Assembly: GCA_038087875.1 (NCBI GenBank)
Contig: CM075995.1
Coordinates: 746,001-809,812, forward strand
DNA length: 63,812 bases
Source: Malacoraja senta
Lineage: Eukaryota
Direction: 5' to 3'
The notes under the pieces are model-generated. The model did no database searches and was not told where the DNA came from. It saw nothing but the letters and a program-made list of their open reading frames with translations. The translations under genes were made by a program, and so were the position numbers. Below are positions 1 to 13,649 of this stretch, piece by piece; the first letter of the stretch is position 1, and each line of letters starts with the position of its first letter.

Positions 1-69
1 CAATGCGTTTTTATCCACTCACATTAAAACTCTTGGGTATGAGCTACAGAGAGAGGTTGAGTAGGCTGG

Positions 70-269
70 NNNNNNNNNNNNNNNNNNNNNNNNNNNNNNN
101 NNNNNNNNNNNNNNNNNNNNNNNNNNNNNNNNNNNNNNNNNNNNNNNNNNNNNNNNNNNNNNNNNNNNNNNNNNNNNNNNNNNNNNNNNNNNNNNNNNNN
201 NNNNNNNNNNNNNNNNNNNNNNNNNNNNNNNNNNNNNNNNNNNNNNNNNNNNNNNNNNNNNNNNNNNNN
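70..269. other. Assembly gap (200 N)
   Basis: Run of 200 N; ORFs spanning it are artefacts. Confidence 0.99.
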
Positions 270-690
270 GCCTTCTCCCCATATCCCTTGATTCCACTAG
301 CCCCTAGAGTTCTATTTAACTCTCTCTTAAATCCATCCAGTGACTTGGCCTCCACTGCCCTCTGTGGCAGGGAATTCCATAAATTCACAACTCTCTGGGT
401 GAAAAAGTTTTTTCTCACCTCAGTCTTAAATGACCTCCCCTTTATTCTAAGACTGTGGCCCCTGGTTCTGGATTCGCCCAACATTGGGAACAAGTTTCCT
501 GCATCTAGCTTGTCCAGTCCTTTTATAATTTTATATGTTTCTATAAGATACCCCCTCATCCTTCTGAACTCCAGTAAATACAAGCTTAGTCTTTTCAATC
601 TTTCCTCATATGACAGTCCCGCCATCCCAGGGATCAATCTCGTGAACCTACGCTGCACTGCCTCAATCACAAGGATGTCCTTCATCAAAT
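270..690 (-). mobile_element. CR1-clade LINE (HER-like) ORF2 3' fragment
   Basis: Translates to QRRFTRLIPGM..LSYEERL..LEFRRMRG.LIETYKI..RTRGHSL..FFTQRVVNLWNSLP, the typical CR1 ORF2 C-terminus. Confidence 0.93.
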
Positions 691-1157
691 TAGGTGTCCT
701 TCCTCACATGGTGTGGAACCGGAGGAGATGCATATGGTTACGTTTATTCACAACCTCACCCGCTCCCACTGCTTAGTCACTGGAGACCAAATTTGGCCCT
801 GCATAACTTTAGATTTAACGTACCAGCAGTGGGAATTGATCAAGCTATTTAAAAAAGGCTGAAGGTAGACGCAAAACACTGCAGATGCTGGTTTACAAAA
901 AACAACAACACAGTGCTGGAGTGACACAGCGGGTCAGGCAGCATCTCTGGAAGACACGGATAGATGACGTTTTGGGTCAGAAGCCTTCTTCAGATTCCTC
1001 TGTACAAATTTTAACTCCATTGACTCTTTCCATTATAACTTGAACATTTTATATTTTTAAAGATCAAACTGAATAACTCCATTTGCAGCAGCTCTACAAG
1101 TGTCAGTAAAGGGGGTTTACACAAAGCTATTGTATAATTGTATAATTCTGATAGTGA

Positions 1158-1785
1158 TTTGGGCCCCATATCTGAGGAAGGATGTGCTGGCTCTGGAGAG
1201 GGTCCAGAGGAGGTTTACAAGAATGATTCCAGGAATGATTTAACCTGTGATGAGCATTTGTCAGCCACTGGGGCCTGTACTCAGCTGGAGTTATAGAAGA
1301 ATGAGGGGAACCTCATTGAAACATACAGAATAGTGAAAGGCTTGGATAGAGTGGATGTGGAGAGGATGTTTCCACTAGTGGGAGAGTCTAGGACTAGAGG
1401 TCACAGCCTCAGAATTAAAGGGACGTTCGTTTAGAAGGAGATGAGAGAAATTTCTTTAGTCAGAGGGTGGTGAATCTGTGAAATTCTTTGCCACAGAAGG
1501 CTGCGGAGCAAAGTCAGTGGATATTTTAAGGCAGAGATAGATAGATTCTTGATTAGTACAGGTGTTAGATTTAGTACAGAGAGTTAGATTTAGATCTTAG
1601 GGCTAAAGGAATTAAGGGATATGGGGAAAAAGCAGGAACAGGGTAATGATTTTAGATGATCAGCCATGATCATATTGAATGGCGGTGCTGGTTCGAAGGG
1701 CCAAATGCCTACTCTTTTCTATGTTTCTAGGTGTCAAAGGTTATGGGGAGCAGGCAGGAGAATGGGGTTTGGGGGAGAGATAGAT
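1158..1785 (+). mobile_element. Degenerate CR1 LINE 3' fragment with a nested second CR1 3' end
   Basis: AGGAAGGATGTGCTGG..GTCCAGAGGAGGTTTACAAGAATGAT..GGGTGGTGAATCTGTG and 3' UTR GATCAGCCATGAT..GAATGGCGG. Confidence 0.85.
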
Positions 1786-2486
1786 GGCCTAATGCTAGTC
1801 CTATCAATTATGAACATGATAATTCAGCCAGGGAATTTAAGTGTAGCAAGGTGGGCGCAGCGGGTAGAATTGCTGCCTTACAGCGCCAGAGACCCGTATT
1901 CGTGTTCGTTCCTGACTTATCTGCTGAACTAATGCCCAAATCACAAGTTTCTGAATGTTCCACAGAGAACACTCGATGGAATCCACAGATTCACCACCCA
2001 CTAATTAAAGAAATTTCTTCTCATCTCCATTCTAAAGGAATGTCCTTTTATTCTCAGGCGATGACCTCTGGTCCTAGATCTCCCAACAGTGGAAACATCC
2101 TCTCCACATCTACTCTATCCAGGCCTTTCACCATTCGGTAAGTTTCAATTCAATGATGTACCCCCTCATCCTTCTAAACTCTTGGAGCTATCTTTGATCG
2201 GACATAACTGGCTTTACTAAACGTTATTCCTTATCATGTATCTATACACTGTAAATGGCTCAATTATCTTTCCGCTGGTTGGTTATCGCGCAACACAAGT
2301 TTTTCACTGTACCTCGGTACATGTGACAATAAACTAAACTAAACTAAACTGAACTGAATCGAGTACAAGCCCAGTGCCATCAAACGCACATCATAACACC
2401 CAATAATTCCTGGGATCATTCTCATGAAACCCCTCCTTACATACTTAACTTACAATGTTATCTGGAAATATGCACATATAATTATA

Positions 2487-2792
2487 GTTTTAGAGATACA
2501 GCGCGGAAACAGGCCCTTCGGCCCACCGGGTCCGCACCGACCAGCGATCCCCCACACATTAACACTATCCTACACCCACTAGAGACTTTTTTTACATTTA
2601 GAATCCAATTAACCTACAAACCAGTACGTCTTTGGAGTGTGGGAGGAAACCAAAGACATCAGAGAAAACCCACGCAGGTCACGGGGAGAACGTACAAACT
2701 CCATACAGACAGCACCCGTAGTTGGGATCGAACCCGGGTCTGCGGTGCTGCATTCGCTGTAAGGCAGCAACTCTACCGCTGCACCACCGTGA
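2487..2792 (-). mobile_element. HE1-type tRNA-derived V-SINE
   Basis: Reverse complement shows A box GGTGGTGCAGCGG, B box GGTTCGATCC, central TTCCTCCCACACTCCAAAGAC and tail GGGCCTGTTTCCGCGCTGTATCTCTAAA shared with CR1/HER 3' ends. Confidence 0.9.
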
Positions 2793-3949
2793 CCGGTGGA
2801 CAATTTTCCCATTGATTTGTAAACCAATTGATCTAAAATTAAAAAGGCAACCGCATATAAAATATTGCATTTCGATTAGAGCAATTGGAACAGGTCAATG
2901 TCAAGGAAGGTAACTCCTGAAGATCTATCTGGGCCAGTAATTTAGTCGCAGAGAAGGTGATCTGTTTCTGCCTGAGTGTAGGCTGGTACTTTGGCACAAG
3001 CAGAATGCAGCAAGCTCATATCCGCATTCATCAATCTAAGTGACCTAAAAAAACATAAGAAGCAACGAAGGTACATTAACATGAATTGTGCGGAAAAGGG
3101 ACAGACGACATTTTGGATTGGGACCATGACTAAGATCATAAGATCATAGGAGATAGGAGTAGGCCAGTCGACCCGTCAAGTCTACTCCGCCATTCAATCA
3201 TGGCTGATCTATCTCTCCCTCCTAACCCCATTCTCCTGCCTTCTCCCCGTAACATCTGACACCCATACTAATTAAGAATCTATATATCTCTGCCTTAAAA
3301 ATATCCATTGACTTGGCCTCCACAGACTTCTGTAGCAAACAATTCCACAGATTCACCTCTCATCTCCTGCCAAAAGAAAGTCCTTTAATTCTGAGGCTAA
3401 GACCTCTAGTCCTGGACTCTCCCACTAGTGGTAACATCGTCTCCACATCCACTCTACCCAAGCCTATCCAAGACTAGAGATGCGATCACTAGGCCTCACC
3501 ATAACTGCAAGTGTAATCTATGGCATTTCATGTACAGAGACCCAACAATAAAATTTAGGCTGAGCCTAATAGGAATCGGAGGGGTAACCTTTTTCACACA
3601 AAGGGTGGTGGGTTTATGCAACGAGCTGCCGGAAGAGGTAGTTGAGGCAGGGACTATCGTAACGTTCAAGAAACAGTTAGACAGGCACATGGATAGGACA
3701 GGTTTGGTGGGATATGGGCCAAATGCAAGCAGGTGGGACGAGTGTAGATGGGACATGTTGGTCAATTAACCTACAAACCTGTAGGTCTTTGGAGTGTGGG
3801 AGGAAACCGGAGCTCTTGGGAGAAAATGCACGTAGGTCATGGGGAGAACGTACATACTCCGTACAGACAGCACCCGTAGTCAGGATGGAACCCGGGTCTC
3901 TGGTGCTGTAAGGAGGCAACTCTACCGCTGCGCCACCGTATCGCCTATT

Positions 3950-4583
3950 GAATCCACTGGGCCGCAGCTGGCCCAGTGGACGACATCTTCGGGAGCGCGA
4001 GGCTGGCCAACTTCGGGGCTGCGGTGGCGTTCCGGCGGTGGCGACCGGGGACACTGGTGGCGACCTGGGTCCGGAGGCTCGGCCGCGGGCCCAGTGGACG
4101 ACATCGTCGGGAGCGCGCAGGTCACAGGTTGGTGACCTGTTTTTCTGGGGCTCCCGCAACTACAGCTGCGTCCGCTGGACTGGAGGGCGGCAGCTTCGGC
4201 AGCTTCGACCACCCCGGGCCGCGGAGTTTGAGCCGGCCCGTCGCGGAGCACGGATTCGGGCTGCGGAGTTTGAGCCGGCCCGTCGCGGAGCACGGATTCG
4301 GCCGCGGGACTGGCTTACCGTCGCCCGGCGGGGTCACAGCATCAGAAGCCTGGATCGCCTCAGCGCAGAGGGAGAACAAAGCGGGAAGAGACAGAGACTT
4401 TAAGACTTTTGCCTCCATCACAGTGAGGAGGTGCCTGGTGAACTCACTGTGGTGGATGTTAATTTGTGTTTATTGTGTGTTTTGTCATTTATTATTATAT
4501 GTATGACTGCAGGCAACGAAATTTCGTTCAGACCGAAAGGTCTGAATGACAAATAAAGGAATCTCTAATCTCTAATCTCTAAT
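3950..4583 (+). mobile_element. GC-rich non-coding non-autonomous retroelement, family A (5'-truncated copy)
   Basis: Highly similar to 51468-52308 on the opposite strand; ends with a GNRA hairpin, AATAAA and (AATCTCT)n tail. Confidence 0.75.
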
Positions 4584-5834
4584 CCCTTGAGCTTGTTCCA
4601 CTGTTTACTTCGTTCACAGCTATCCTGTTCTTCGGTTCCTTCGATTTCTTTCTATTGCACATCTGTGTAGATGGGGCATGTTGGTTGGTGTGGGCAAGTT
4701 GGGCCGAAGGGCCTGTTTCCATGTTGTATCACTCTATGACTCAATAACAACTGCGCTGGCAGAGGTGTCTATTTTTCAGTTGAAACTTTAGACAAAGCTC
4801 AAAGGTGCCTATCTGGGCTAGTTCCATTTGCCTGCATATGGCCCGTATCTCTCTAAACCTCCATCCACCTACCTACCAAAATACCTTTTGAATGTTGTAA
4901 TTGTACCAACCTCAACAGCCATCTCTGGCAACTCGTTCTATATAACCACCACCCTCTGAAATAATTAACCCTCATGTCCCTTTTAAATCTCATTTAATTC
5001 TCCTCCCTTTAAATTTCCCCTCCCATCTTAAACCCATGTCCTCTAGTTTTAGATTTCTCTATATATGTTCAGCAACTGAGCAACAGCAAAATATGTTTCC
5101 ATATTTAAAATTCAGTGAATTACGGCCTGTGGTTTTATTTATTGGACTGAAATTCTATATTAGGGAATTGTTATTTGGGAGTCCATAGCAGTTGGTGACT
5201 GACTGTACTTTTTACCAAAATACAATAATTGATTTTAATGCATGCACTGCTTCAAGATTACACAAAACTTTGATTTGTTAAACGTTGCAAATTGTTCACC
5301 GCCACCTACCCCTAACTCAGTTTTTTCTTGTTGTCCCGCTCAGCTCTCTGTCCACAAAAAAACATTAGAGTTTGTCTATCTAAAATGGCGTGCAGTTCCT
5401 TCCCATCAATCCACATCACTCCTGTCATCGACGTCCCGTTCCTAACAACTGACATCGCAAGTAAAATCCATTGGCTGACTCTCACCGTCTATATGTCTCG
5501 TTTCCCCTTGACTCTCAGTCTGAAGAAGGGTCTCGACCAGAAACGTCAACCATTCCTTCTCTCCAGAGACGCCGCCTGTCCTGCTGAGTTACTCCAGCAT
5601 TTTGTGTCTCCCTTCGGTTTAAACCAGCATCTGCAGTGCCTTCCTACACAGTGATTACAAGTAAGTTGACTGAGGAGTTCAGGGCCACCGAATACTCACA
5701 GGGCTTGACTGGTGTTTAACCAACCCTCCCCCTCCCCACCAAAAAGCGTCTTGTTCCAGTAGAGCTGTTTGGAAAACAACTCCATCCAAGACTGCAAGAA
5801 AATGCATAGTGTATAGAAAGGAACTGCAGAAGGC

Positions 5835-6103
5835 AAGGAATAGGGGGACCCGGTCTCTGTTGCGACTAGGCGGATCTGCGGGGTACCGAGGAGACAAATG
5901 TGAGGGCCTCATCTATCGTGGAAGAAGGGAACCCCCGTTTTAGGAGGAATTAGGAGTAGGGTTTAGTCTTTGCAAGAAGCAGGGTGGGAAGAAGTGTAAT
6001 CGAGATAGTTGTGGGAGTCAGTGGGTTTGTAATAGACGTCAATCGATAGTCTATCTCCGTTGAAGGAGACGGCGAGATCAAGAAAGGGGAGGGAGGTGTC
6101 GGA
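5835..6103 (-). mobile_element. Penelope-like element RT fragment
   Basis: LPFLDLAVSFNGDRLSIDVYYKPTDSHNYLDYTSSHP and RNRDRVPL, typical of the PLE RT thumb region. Confidence 0.85.
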
Positions 6104-6104
6104 G

Positions 6105-6560
6105 ATGCATGGAGTTGTGGACATAGCTGCGACCATTACGCAAACCAACCTCCCATCCATTGACCCCCATCTACACTTCACACTGTGTTGGCAAGGCCAG
6201 CAGCATAATCAAGGACCAGTCTCACTCCCTCTTCTCCCCTCTCCAATCAACAAGAGGTACATAAGTGTGAAAATGCATACCTCCAGATTTAGGGAGTTTC
6301 TTCCCAGCTGTTATTAGGCAACTGAACCGTCCTCTCACCAGCTAGAGAGCGGTCCTGACCTCCTGTCTACCTCATTGGAGACCTTAGAACTATCTTTAAT
6401 TGGACTGTATCTTGCGTTAAAAGTTAAACTCGTTCCTCCTGTATTTGTACACAATGGACGGCTTGATTGTAATCATGCGTAGTCTTTTCGCGGACTGGAT
6501 AGCACGCAACAAAAATCTTTTCACTGTACCTTGGTACACGTGACAATAATAAACTAAACC
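6105..6560 (+). mobile_element. Rex1/Babar-type LINE 3' fragment
   Basis: AAGGCCAGCAGCATAATCAAGGAC..TTCTTCCCAGCTGTTATTAGGCAACTGAAC and tail TCACTGTACCTTGGTACACGTGACAATAA; related pieces at 7250-7800 (-), 39515-39750, 51180-51350 and 60025-60440. Confidence 0.75.
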
Positions 6561-6660
6561 AGCATGGCTAAAGGGCAGAATAGGCGTTTACTTGGGAAAC
6601 AAGCTCATTTGCATTAAAATGCAGACGGGAAATTTCCTTACGGGGAGGAAAACTTTAGAG

Positions 6661-6920
6661 CCGGGGCCGGCAGCCTACGGCCCCTGGGCCGAATGCGGCC
6701 CCAAACCCGAAATCATCCGGCCCGCAGGGGTATTTTGTTTTCAGTAATCATCTGGCCCGCAGACTCCGTTCATCTCCGGTACCTCCCAGGCCCGAGGTCG
6801 CGTCGCCCATGTGCGGTGACGCAAGGAGGCCTTCGATGGCGGCCGCAATTACAGAGCCGCCGAGTTCTGATGTACCGCATCCTGCGCAAAGCCGCCGGCA
6901 CGGCCGCGGAACATTTCTGA
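6661..6920. mobile_element. hAT/Charlie-like DNA transposon terminal fragment
   Basis: CCGGGGCCGGCAGCCTACGGCCCCTGGGCCGAATGCGGCCC resembles hAT-Charlie termini with GGCCC subterminal repeats; second end not found. Confidence 0.5.
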
Positions 6921-6944
6921 TGGCCCAGACAACTAGTTAACAAC

Positions 6945-7245
6945 GGTGGCCATGGTGGCGCAGCGGTAGAGTTGCTGCCTTACAGCGATTGCAGCGCCAG
7001 AGATCCGGGTTTGATCCCGACTACAGGTGCTGGCTATACGGAGTTTGTACGTTCTCCCCGTGGCCGCGTGGGTTTTCTCCGAGATCTTCGATTTCCTTCC
7101 ACACTCCAAAGACTTACAGGTGTGTAGGTTAATTGGCTTGGTATATGTGTAAATAGTCCCTAGTGGGTGTAGGATAGTGGTAATGTGCGGGGATCACTGG
7201 TCAGTGCTGATGCGGTGGGCCTGTTTCCGCGCTGTATCTCTAAAG
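6945..7245 (+). mobile_element. HE1-type V-SINE
   Basis: GGTGGCGCAGCGGTAGAGTTGCTGCCTTACAGC..GGGTTTGATCCC..CTGTATCTCTAAA. Confidence 0.9.
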
Positions 7246-7249
7246 TAAC

Positions 7250-7800
7250 TAGTTTAGTTTATTGCCACGTCTACCGAGTGAAAAGCATTTATTGCGTGCT
7301 AACCAGTCAGCGGAAGGACTATACACATTTATAATTGAGCCGTCCACAGTGTCCAGATACAGAATAAAGGGAATAATGTTTAGTGCAAGACAAAGTCCAG
7401 TAACGTCCGATTAAAGATAGTGCAAGGATCTACAATGAGGTAGATACTGGTTAAGGACCGCACTCTAGTTGTTGCTTATATGATTCAGTTGCCTGATATC
7501 AGCTGGGTAGAAACTGTCCCTGAATCTGGAGGAGTGCATTTTCACACTTCTGTACCTTTTGCCCGATGGGAGTGGGAAGAAGAGGGAGTGACCGGGATAA
7601 CACTCGTCCTTGATATGCTGGTAGCCTTGTCGAGGCAGCATGAGGTGTAAATGGCGTCAATGGAAGGGTTCTGGTTGTGTGACGGTCTGGACTGCGTCCA
7701 CAATTCTCTACAATTTCTTGCGGTCTTGGATGGAGCTGTTCCCAAACCAAGCTGTGATGCATCCTGATAAAATGCTTTCTAGGGCGCATCTGTAGAAGTT
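7250..7800 (-). mobile_element. Rex1/Babar-type LINE 3' fragment
   Basis: Reverse-complement homolog of 6105-6560, extending further 5'. Confidence 0.75.
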
Positions 7801-10800
7801 GATTTTCAAAATCTTCAAGAAGATAATTTTCAATGGTTGACTGTGGAAGAGAGGGTAGAAGGATTTCTTTCCCCCCAAATGTTATTTTATCTTTCCTTGA
7901 TTCTCCTCGCACTCACAATTTCTAATTACCTGTCCATTTACAGAGAGATCTTGGGGTCCAAGTCCACAACTCCCTGAAAGTGGCAACACAATTAGATAGG
8001 GTGGTAAAGGCGGCATATGGTATTCTTGCTTTCATAGCATGGGACATTGAGTATAAGAGCCAGGAAGTCATGATGCAACTTTATAGGATGCATTTGGAGT
8101 GTTGCTTGCAGTTCTGGTCACACCAACTAATAGCACTAAATTCCTTCACACCATAGATTTCCTGTGTTTGGTAAAAATACAGGCGTTCTTCACCAAACCT
8201 TCATCTCTGCCACTCCTGATACAAATCTGACCAATGGTGTTTCATTCTTTGATGGGACACTATGTTGGACAGCAAAATGGAGCTCATCACTATTAATCTA
8301 CCGACTCCCCTCATAATTGATCACATAAACTACACATCATGCTGCATTGTTCCATCGTCTGTACCTAGGATTTGGCTCTTCAAAAATTAGCATTGATACA
8401 AATAACTCAAATATTATTTGGAAACATTAGCCACTCGTATGTGCGAGTGGCAGCAACTCTACCACTGCGCCACACTTCTTGTTTGCTTCTATTTACTGAA
8501 CTCTTTGTTGTTTATTATGGTGTTTGGACTACTATGCTTACATATGTGGTACTGCTACATGTAAGAATTTCAAGCGTCAAGTGTGTTTTATTTTCCTATG
8601 TCCCAAAACAATGACATTTTTACTTGTAGCAGTACAACATATATGTAAACATATTACTCTGTAAAACCCATAATAAAGAACAAAAAAGTTCAGTGTGTGT
8701 GTGTATATATTTATATTTATATATATATATATATATTAAAAACAAACAAATAGATAGACAATGGTAGTGCAAAGTCAAAAATAATGTCCCCAAGTCTATA
8801 TCGTTCGGAGTGGGGAGAAACTGCAGATGCTGGTTTAAATCGAAGATGGAGAAAAGAAATAGGTGGCATTTCAGGTCGAGACCCTTCTTCAGACTGGTAC
8901 CTCTGAAGAAGGGTCTCGGCACAAAACTTTACCTATTCCTTTTCTAGGGAGATGCTGCCTGCTGAGTTACTCCAGCCTTTTGTGTCTGTCTTCAATATAG
9001 TTCGGAGGCTATTTAGAGGTTGTAGTGTATAATAGCCTGATGGTTATAGGGAAGAAGCTGCTCCTGAGCCTAGACATTACAGTTTTCAGGCTCCGATACC
9101 TTCGTCCCAATGGCAGGAGTGAAATGAGAGTGTGGCCATGGTGCTCATTGTTTAGGGACAAAAGACAATAAAACACTCTGAACTATTAAAATCAAAAGGG
9201 AAAAGACAAAGATTATTATTTTTCCTTTCAAGACAGGTTTGAAGTCTGAAGAAGTGTTCAGACCCAAAACATTTCCTGTCCGTTCCCTCCACAGATGCTG
9301 CCAGACCCGCTGAGTTACTGCAATGCCTTGTGTTTTACTTGAAAGCGGCAAACTATAGGAGAGTTCATAAGTGATTCGGCCCATCAATCTACTCCACCAT
9401 TCAATCATGGCTATCTATCTTTCACTCTCAACCCCATTCTCCTGCCTTTTCCCCGTAACCCTGTGACATCTGTACTAATCAAGAATCTATCCATCTCTGC
9501 CTTAATAATATCCATTGACTTGGCCTCCACAGCCTTCTGTGGCAATTTATTCCACAGATTCACTACCCTCTGACTAAAGACATTTCTCCTCATCTCCTTC
9601 CTAAAGGTACGTCCTTTTATTCTGAGGATGACCTCTGGTCCAAGACTCTCCCACTAGTGGAAACATCCTCTCCACATCCACTCTATCCAGGCCTTTCACT
9701 ATTCGGTAAGTTTCAAAGAGTTTCCCCCCCTCATCCTTCTAAACTCCAGCGAGTACAGGCCCAGTACCGTGAAAACGCTCACCATATGTTAACCCATTCA
9801 TTCCTGGGATCATTCTTGGAAATCTCCTCTGGGCCATCTCCAGCGCCAGCACATCCTTCCTCAGATATGCGGCCCAAAATTGGACACAATATTCCATCCA
9901 AATCCCAGACTGACCAGCGCCTTACAAAGCCTCAGCATTACAATAGACAATACGTGCTGGAGTAGGCCATTCGGCCCTTCAAGCCAGCACCGCCATTCAA
10001 TGTGATCATGGCTGATCATCCACAATCAGTACCCCGTTCCTGCCTTCTCCCCATATCCCCTGACTCCGCTATCATCAAGAGCCCTATCAAGCTCCCTTTC
10101 ATATTATCAGAGAACATGCCTCCACCGCCCTTTGAGGCAGAGAATTCCACAGACTCACCACTCTCTGTGTGAAAAGTGTTTCCTCGTCACCGTTCTAAAT
10201 GGCTTACCCCTTATTCTTAAACTGTGGACCCTGGTTCTGGGCTCCCCCATGTTTCCTGCCACTAGCGTGTCCAAACCCTTAATAATCTTATATGTTTCAA
10301 TAAGATACCCTCTCATCCTTCTAAATTCCAGAGTATACAAACCCAGCCACTCCATTCTCTCAGCATATGACAGTCCTGCCATCCCGGGAATTAATCTTGT
10401 GAACTCCCTCAATAGCGAGAATGTCCTTCCTCAAATTTGGAGACCAAAACTGCACACAATACATCCCTGTTTTGGTATTCTAAATGCTGGAGATTAGGCA
10501 AGAGTGCATTTTCACTTTGCAGAAATGGATCTGTTCCAACCATTTACATTTAAGTCTTAAATGGTGAAGTCACCCACTCTTCAGAAAGTGTAAGCACCCA
10601 TTATTTATTGAAGCAAACTACATCTGCACTAAGATAGATGAAAGCATACCAGCTTGTCACTTCAAGGCTAATTAGTCTCTTGAAACACAAAATGGCCTAC
10701 TTAAGTTTCCCAAGGGAATTCTGCTCTCAAATGTAATCTGCCATGACAAAAATACAGACATCCCCGGGATTCCTAAAAGCCGAAATCCACCTCTTTACAA

Positions 10801-11464
10801 GAGGCTCCAAGCTGACAATAGGATTTGAAGGGTCGCGCCTTCACGAATTTAATTCCTTCTGAAGCACATTCTCGGCTTCTGCTCGTTTGCAACGAAGGAA
10901 AGAGGAGCACAATGAGAGGAACATTTGCACAGAAATGCCAGATTTGCAACGGAAACTTTGCATTTTCTCTTCCAGGTCCTCGGCCCCCCAGCTCTTTGCA
11001 TTCTCGGCCTTCAAACCCAGAAAAGCTACCTGCAAACAATCACCGCCGCCCATGTACCAAGTGGGGAGAATGCTGCTAGTTAAAGGAAAAAGGGAATTTG
11101 ACATCTCCATCATAAAGCATTTTCGACCCCGTTGCATCAATAAAAACACCATATAACATGGCAATGACCATACCGACGGCGGCTTCCAGCTCCTAGGTTT
11201 TTATTGTGAGGGGAACAGACCTCAGCAAATGCTGCAAGGATGGAGAGGAAGAATATGCATAGCATCAACAAGCAAGCGCTGCTCCATAACCACTTCTGCT
11301 CGCAAACGTATACAAATAAATCATAATCAGACCTCAATTGGAGAGCGTTGCCGTTTGCACGAAGAGGACAAATGCAAAACATAAAATCTGGTGCATTACC
11401 TGCTTTGCGCGGAACAGCTGGCGTTTGCGTGATTATATATGTATGTATTATATCTGTAGATAGA

Positions 11465-11690
11465 TCATGCAGGTTCCCGCTGCCGTCGCCAGCTCAACCT
11501 CAGCCTCAGCCACAGCCGCAGCCCCGCTCGCGCTCCGGGCTCTGCGTGACGAAACGACCCCGGAGAACGCGCGCGCGCCCCGGCGCTCCATTCCAAATAA
11601 AGGCACGAGCACCGCTCCCCGGCCGCGGCTGCGGCGGCATCGGCATCGGAGCCGGGGGATGGGGGAGTGGGGGCGCGCACATGCACCTAC
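11465..11690. promoter_or_regulatory. CpG island, probable promoter or first exon
   Basis: Non-repetitive, very GC- and CpG-rich stretch; minus-strand splice donor CAG|GTAATG at 11400/11399. Confidence 0.6.
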
Positions 11691-12185
11691 CCACACACAC
11701 ACATATGCAAATACATATATGCACATGCATATATCCAACATGAACACCACTCCTATCACTTATGATCTCATGATATGCACACACACACATTTGCACATAA
11801 TGTGCACATTATTGCACCCACACATATGCACATGCACATACACACTTCCACATATGCACACATATATGCACATCCACATATGCTCACAAACATGCACATA
11901 CACATATGCACATGCATATATGCACACACACACATGCGCACATACATATCCACATGCATATATGCACACACATGTGCACATACATATATGCACATACATA
12001 TAAGCACATACATTATGCATACATATGCACATACATGTGCATACACACACATGCACATACACATGTGCACATGCACATAAGCGCACACACGCAGGTACAC
12101 ATATTTATGCACATACACATATATATGCACGTGCACATATATACACACACACATAGGCACACACACACATGCATCTGCATGCATG
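11680..12185. repeat. Degenerate (CA/TA/TG) alternating purine-pyrimidine microsatellite, ~500 bp
   Basis: Nearly continuous CACATATGCACACATG-type alternation; source of the His/Thr- and Cys/Val-rich spurious ORFs. Confidence 0.92.
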
Positions 12186-12570
12186 CCATGCTCCAAATAA
12201 GGACCGAGGAGACGCAAGCAAAGCTGGCAAAGAGTGCTAACTGCGTTGCTTGGTTGCAATCCAAAGCATTTCTCCTTCTGAAGTCTCAAGAAGAGTCCAG
12301 ACCCGAAACTCCACTTATCCATTTTCTCCAGGGATGCTGCCTGACCCGTTGAGTTACTCCAGCATTTTGCGTCTATCTTTGGTATAAACCATCACCAGCA
12401 GTTCTCTTTTTATTACCTTTTCGGGCCCTGCTTATTTTGAACAGCGCAAAGAAAGTCTTTTGCATCTCCTTTATTTTTGCACTGGCGTTGCAGCGGCAAG
12501 TGGAAATCACCACCTGAGCCAAAACCTTGCAAAAGGCGTTGTAATGGATATTAGGATCCATTTTACTCAC

Positions 12571-12679
12571 CAAATTGAGGTCAGATAGCTGTAAACTCCT
12601 CATGAGTCATCCCTCTACCATGACTACAATTTTGGCTCCTACTTTGCTTCGGGAGCCCAAAGGTTGAAAACTATCTCTC
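12571..12679 (-). other. Candidate non-coding or 5'UTR exon (109 bp)
   Basis: Acceptor TTTCACTGCAG| and donor TTG|GTGAGT in unique sequence; stops in all three frames. Confidence 0.4.
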
Positions 12680-13649
12680 CTGCAGTGAAATATGATATAG
12701 TCATCGTCATGAAGTCATAGAGAATCATCCCGCATAGAAGCAGGTCCGTCAGCCAACTGTTTCTGTACCGACCGTCAAGTATCCTTTGATACTAATCTCC
12801 TTTACCAGTGCCTGTTTCACCAAACACTTGTACTCGGTCCACCAAGACCTACCGGATCTCCCGGATGCTAATCATTTAAACTCCTCTCCCCATTCCCAAC
12901 ACTGACCTTTCTGTCCTGGGGCTCTTCCATTGCCAGAGTGAGTCCACGTAAACTCGAGGAACAGCACCTCATTTTCTGCTTGGGCAGCTTCCAACCCAAC
13001 ATTATGAAGATCGAGGTCTGATGAAGGGTCTCGACCCGAAACGCCACCCAGAGATGCTGCCTGTCCCGCAGAGTTACTCCAGCATTTTGTGTCTATCTTC
13101 AGTATGGACATAGAATTCTCCAATTTTACCTAAACTCTAACAACCCACTCCCCTCCCCTATGTCTGCATTCAATCATGGCTGATCTATCTCTTCCTCTGA
13201 TCCCCATTCTCCTGCCTCCTCCCCATGACCCCATGACACCGGGTTCTAATCAAGAATCTCTGAATCTCTGCCTTAAAAATACCCACTGACTTGGCCTCCA
13301 CAGCCTTCTGTGGCAAAGAATTCCACAGATTCACCACCCTCTGACTAAAGAAATTCCTCCTCATCTCCTTTTTAAAGCAACGTCCTTTTTTGTTCTGAGG
13401 CTATGAGTCCTAGTCTCTCCCACTAGTGGAAACATCCTCTCTCCACATCCACTCAAGCCAAGCCTTTCGCTATTCGGTAAGTTCACTGTGTCTAACGGTT
13501 TATTATTTTCCCCAGGTAACATTTCGTCTCGATCTCTCTCCCCCCCCCCCACCCCCCCCCCAGAGTGAGATGGGTGCACTCCACAAACCCATGTCTGATA
13601 AAATGCAGGAGATTCAGGACTTTCTGGAGAAGGACTGTGATAGCAAGCA

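Noticed and set aside
3..776. Long ORFs at the window start
   Set aside because: They span the 200-N gap and are CR1 sense or antisense frames
3922..4506. Overlapping long GC-rich ORFs (also 51614-52212, 42524-42955, 53413-53880)
   Set aside because: Stop-poor GC-rich repeat with frames open on both strands and no domain motifs
11137..11382. Hydrophobic ORF (MLCIFFLSILAAFAE) resembling a signal peptide
   Set aside because: No recognisable homology, weak donor (GTCTGT) and no phase-compatible downstream coding exon found
11760..12352. His/Thr-rich and Cys/Val-rich ORFs
   Set aside because: Translations of the alternating purine-pyrimidine microsatellite
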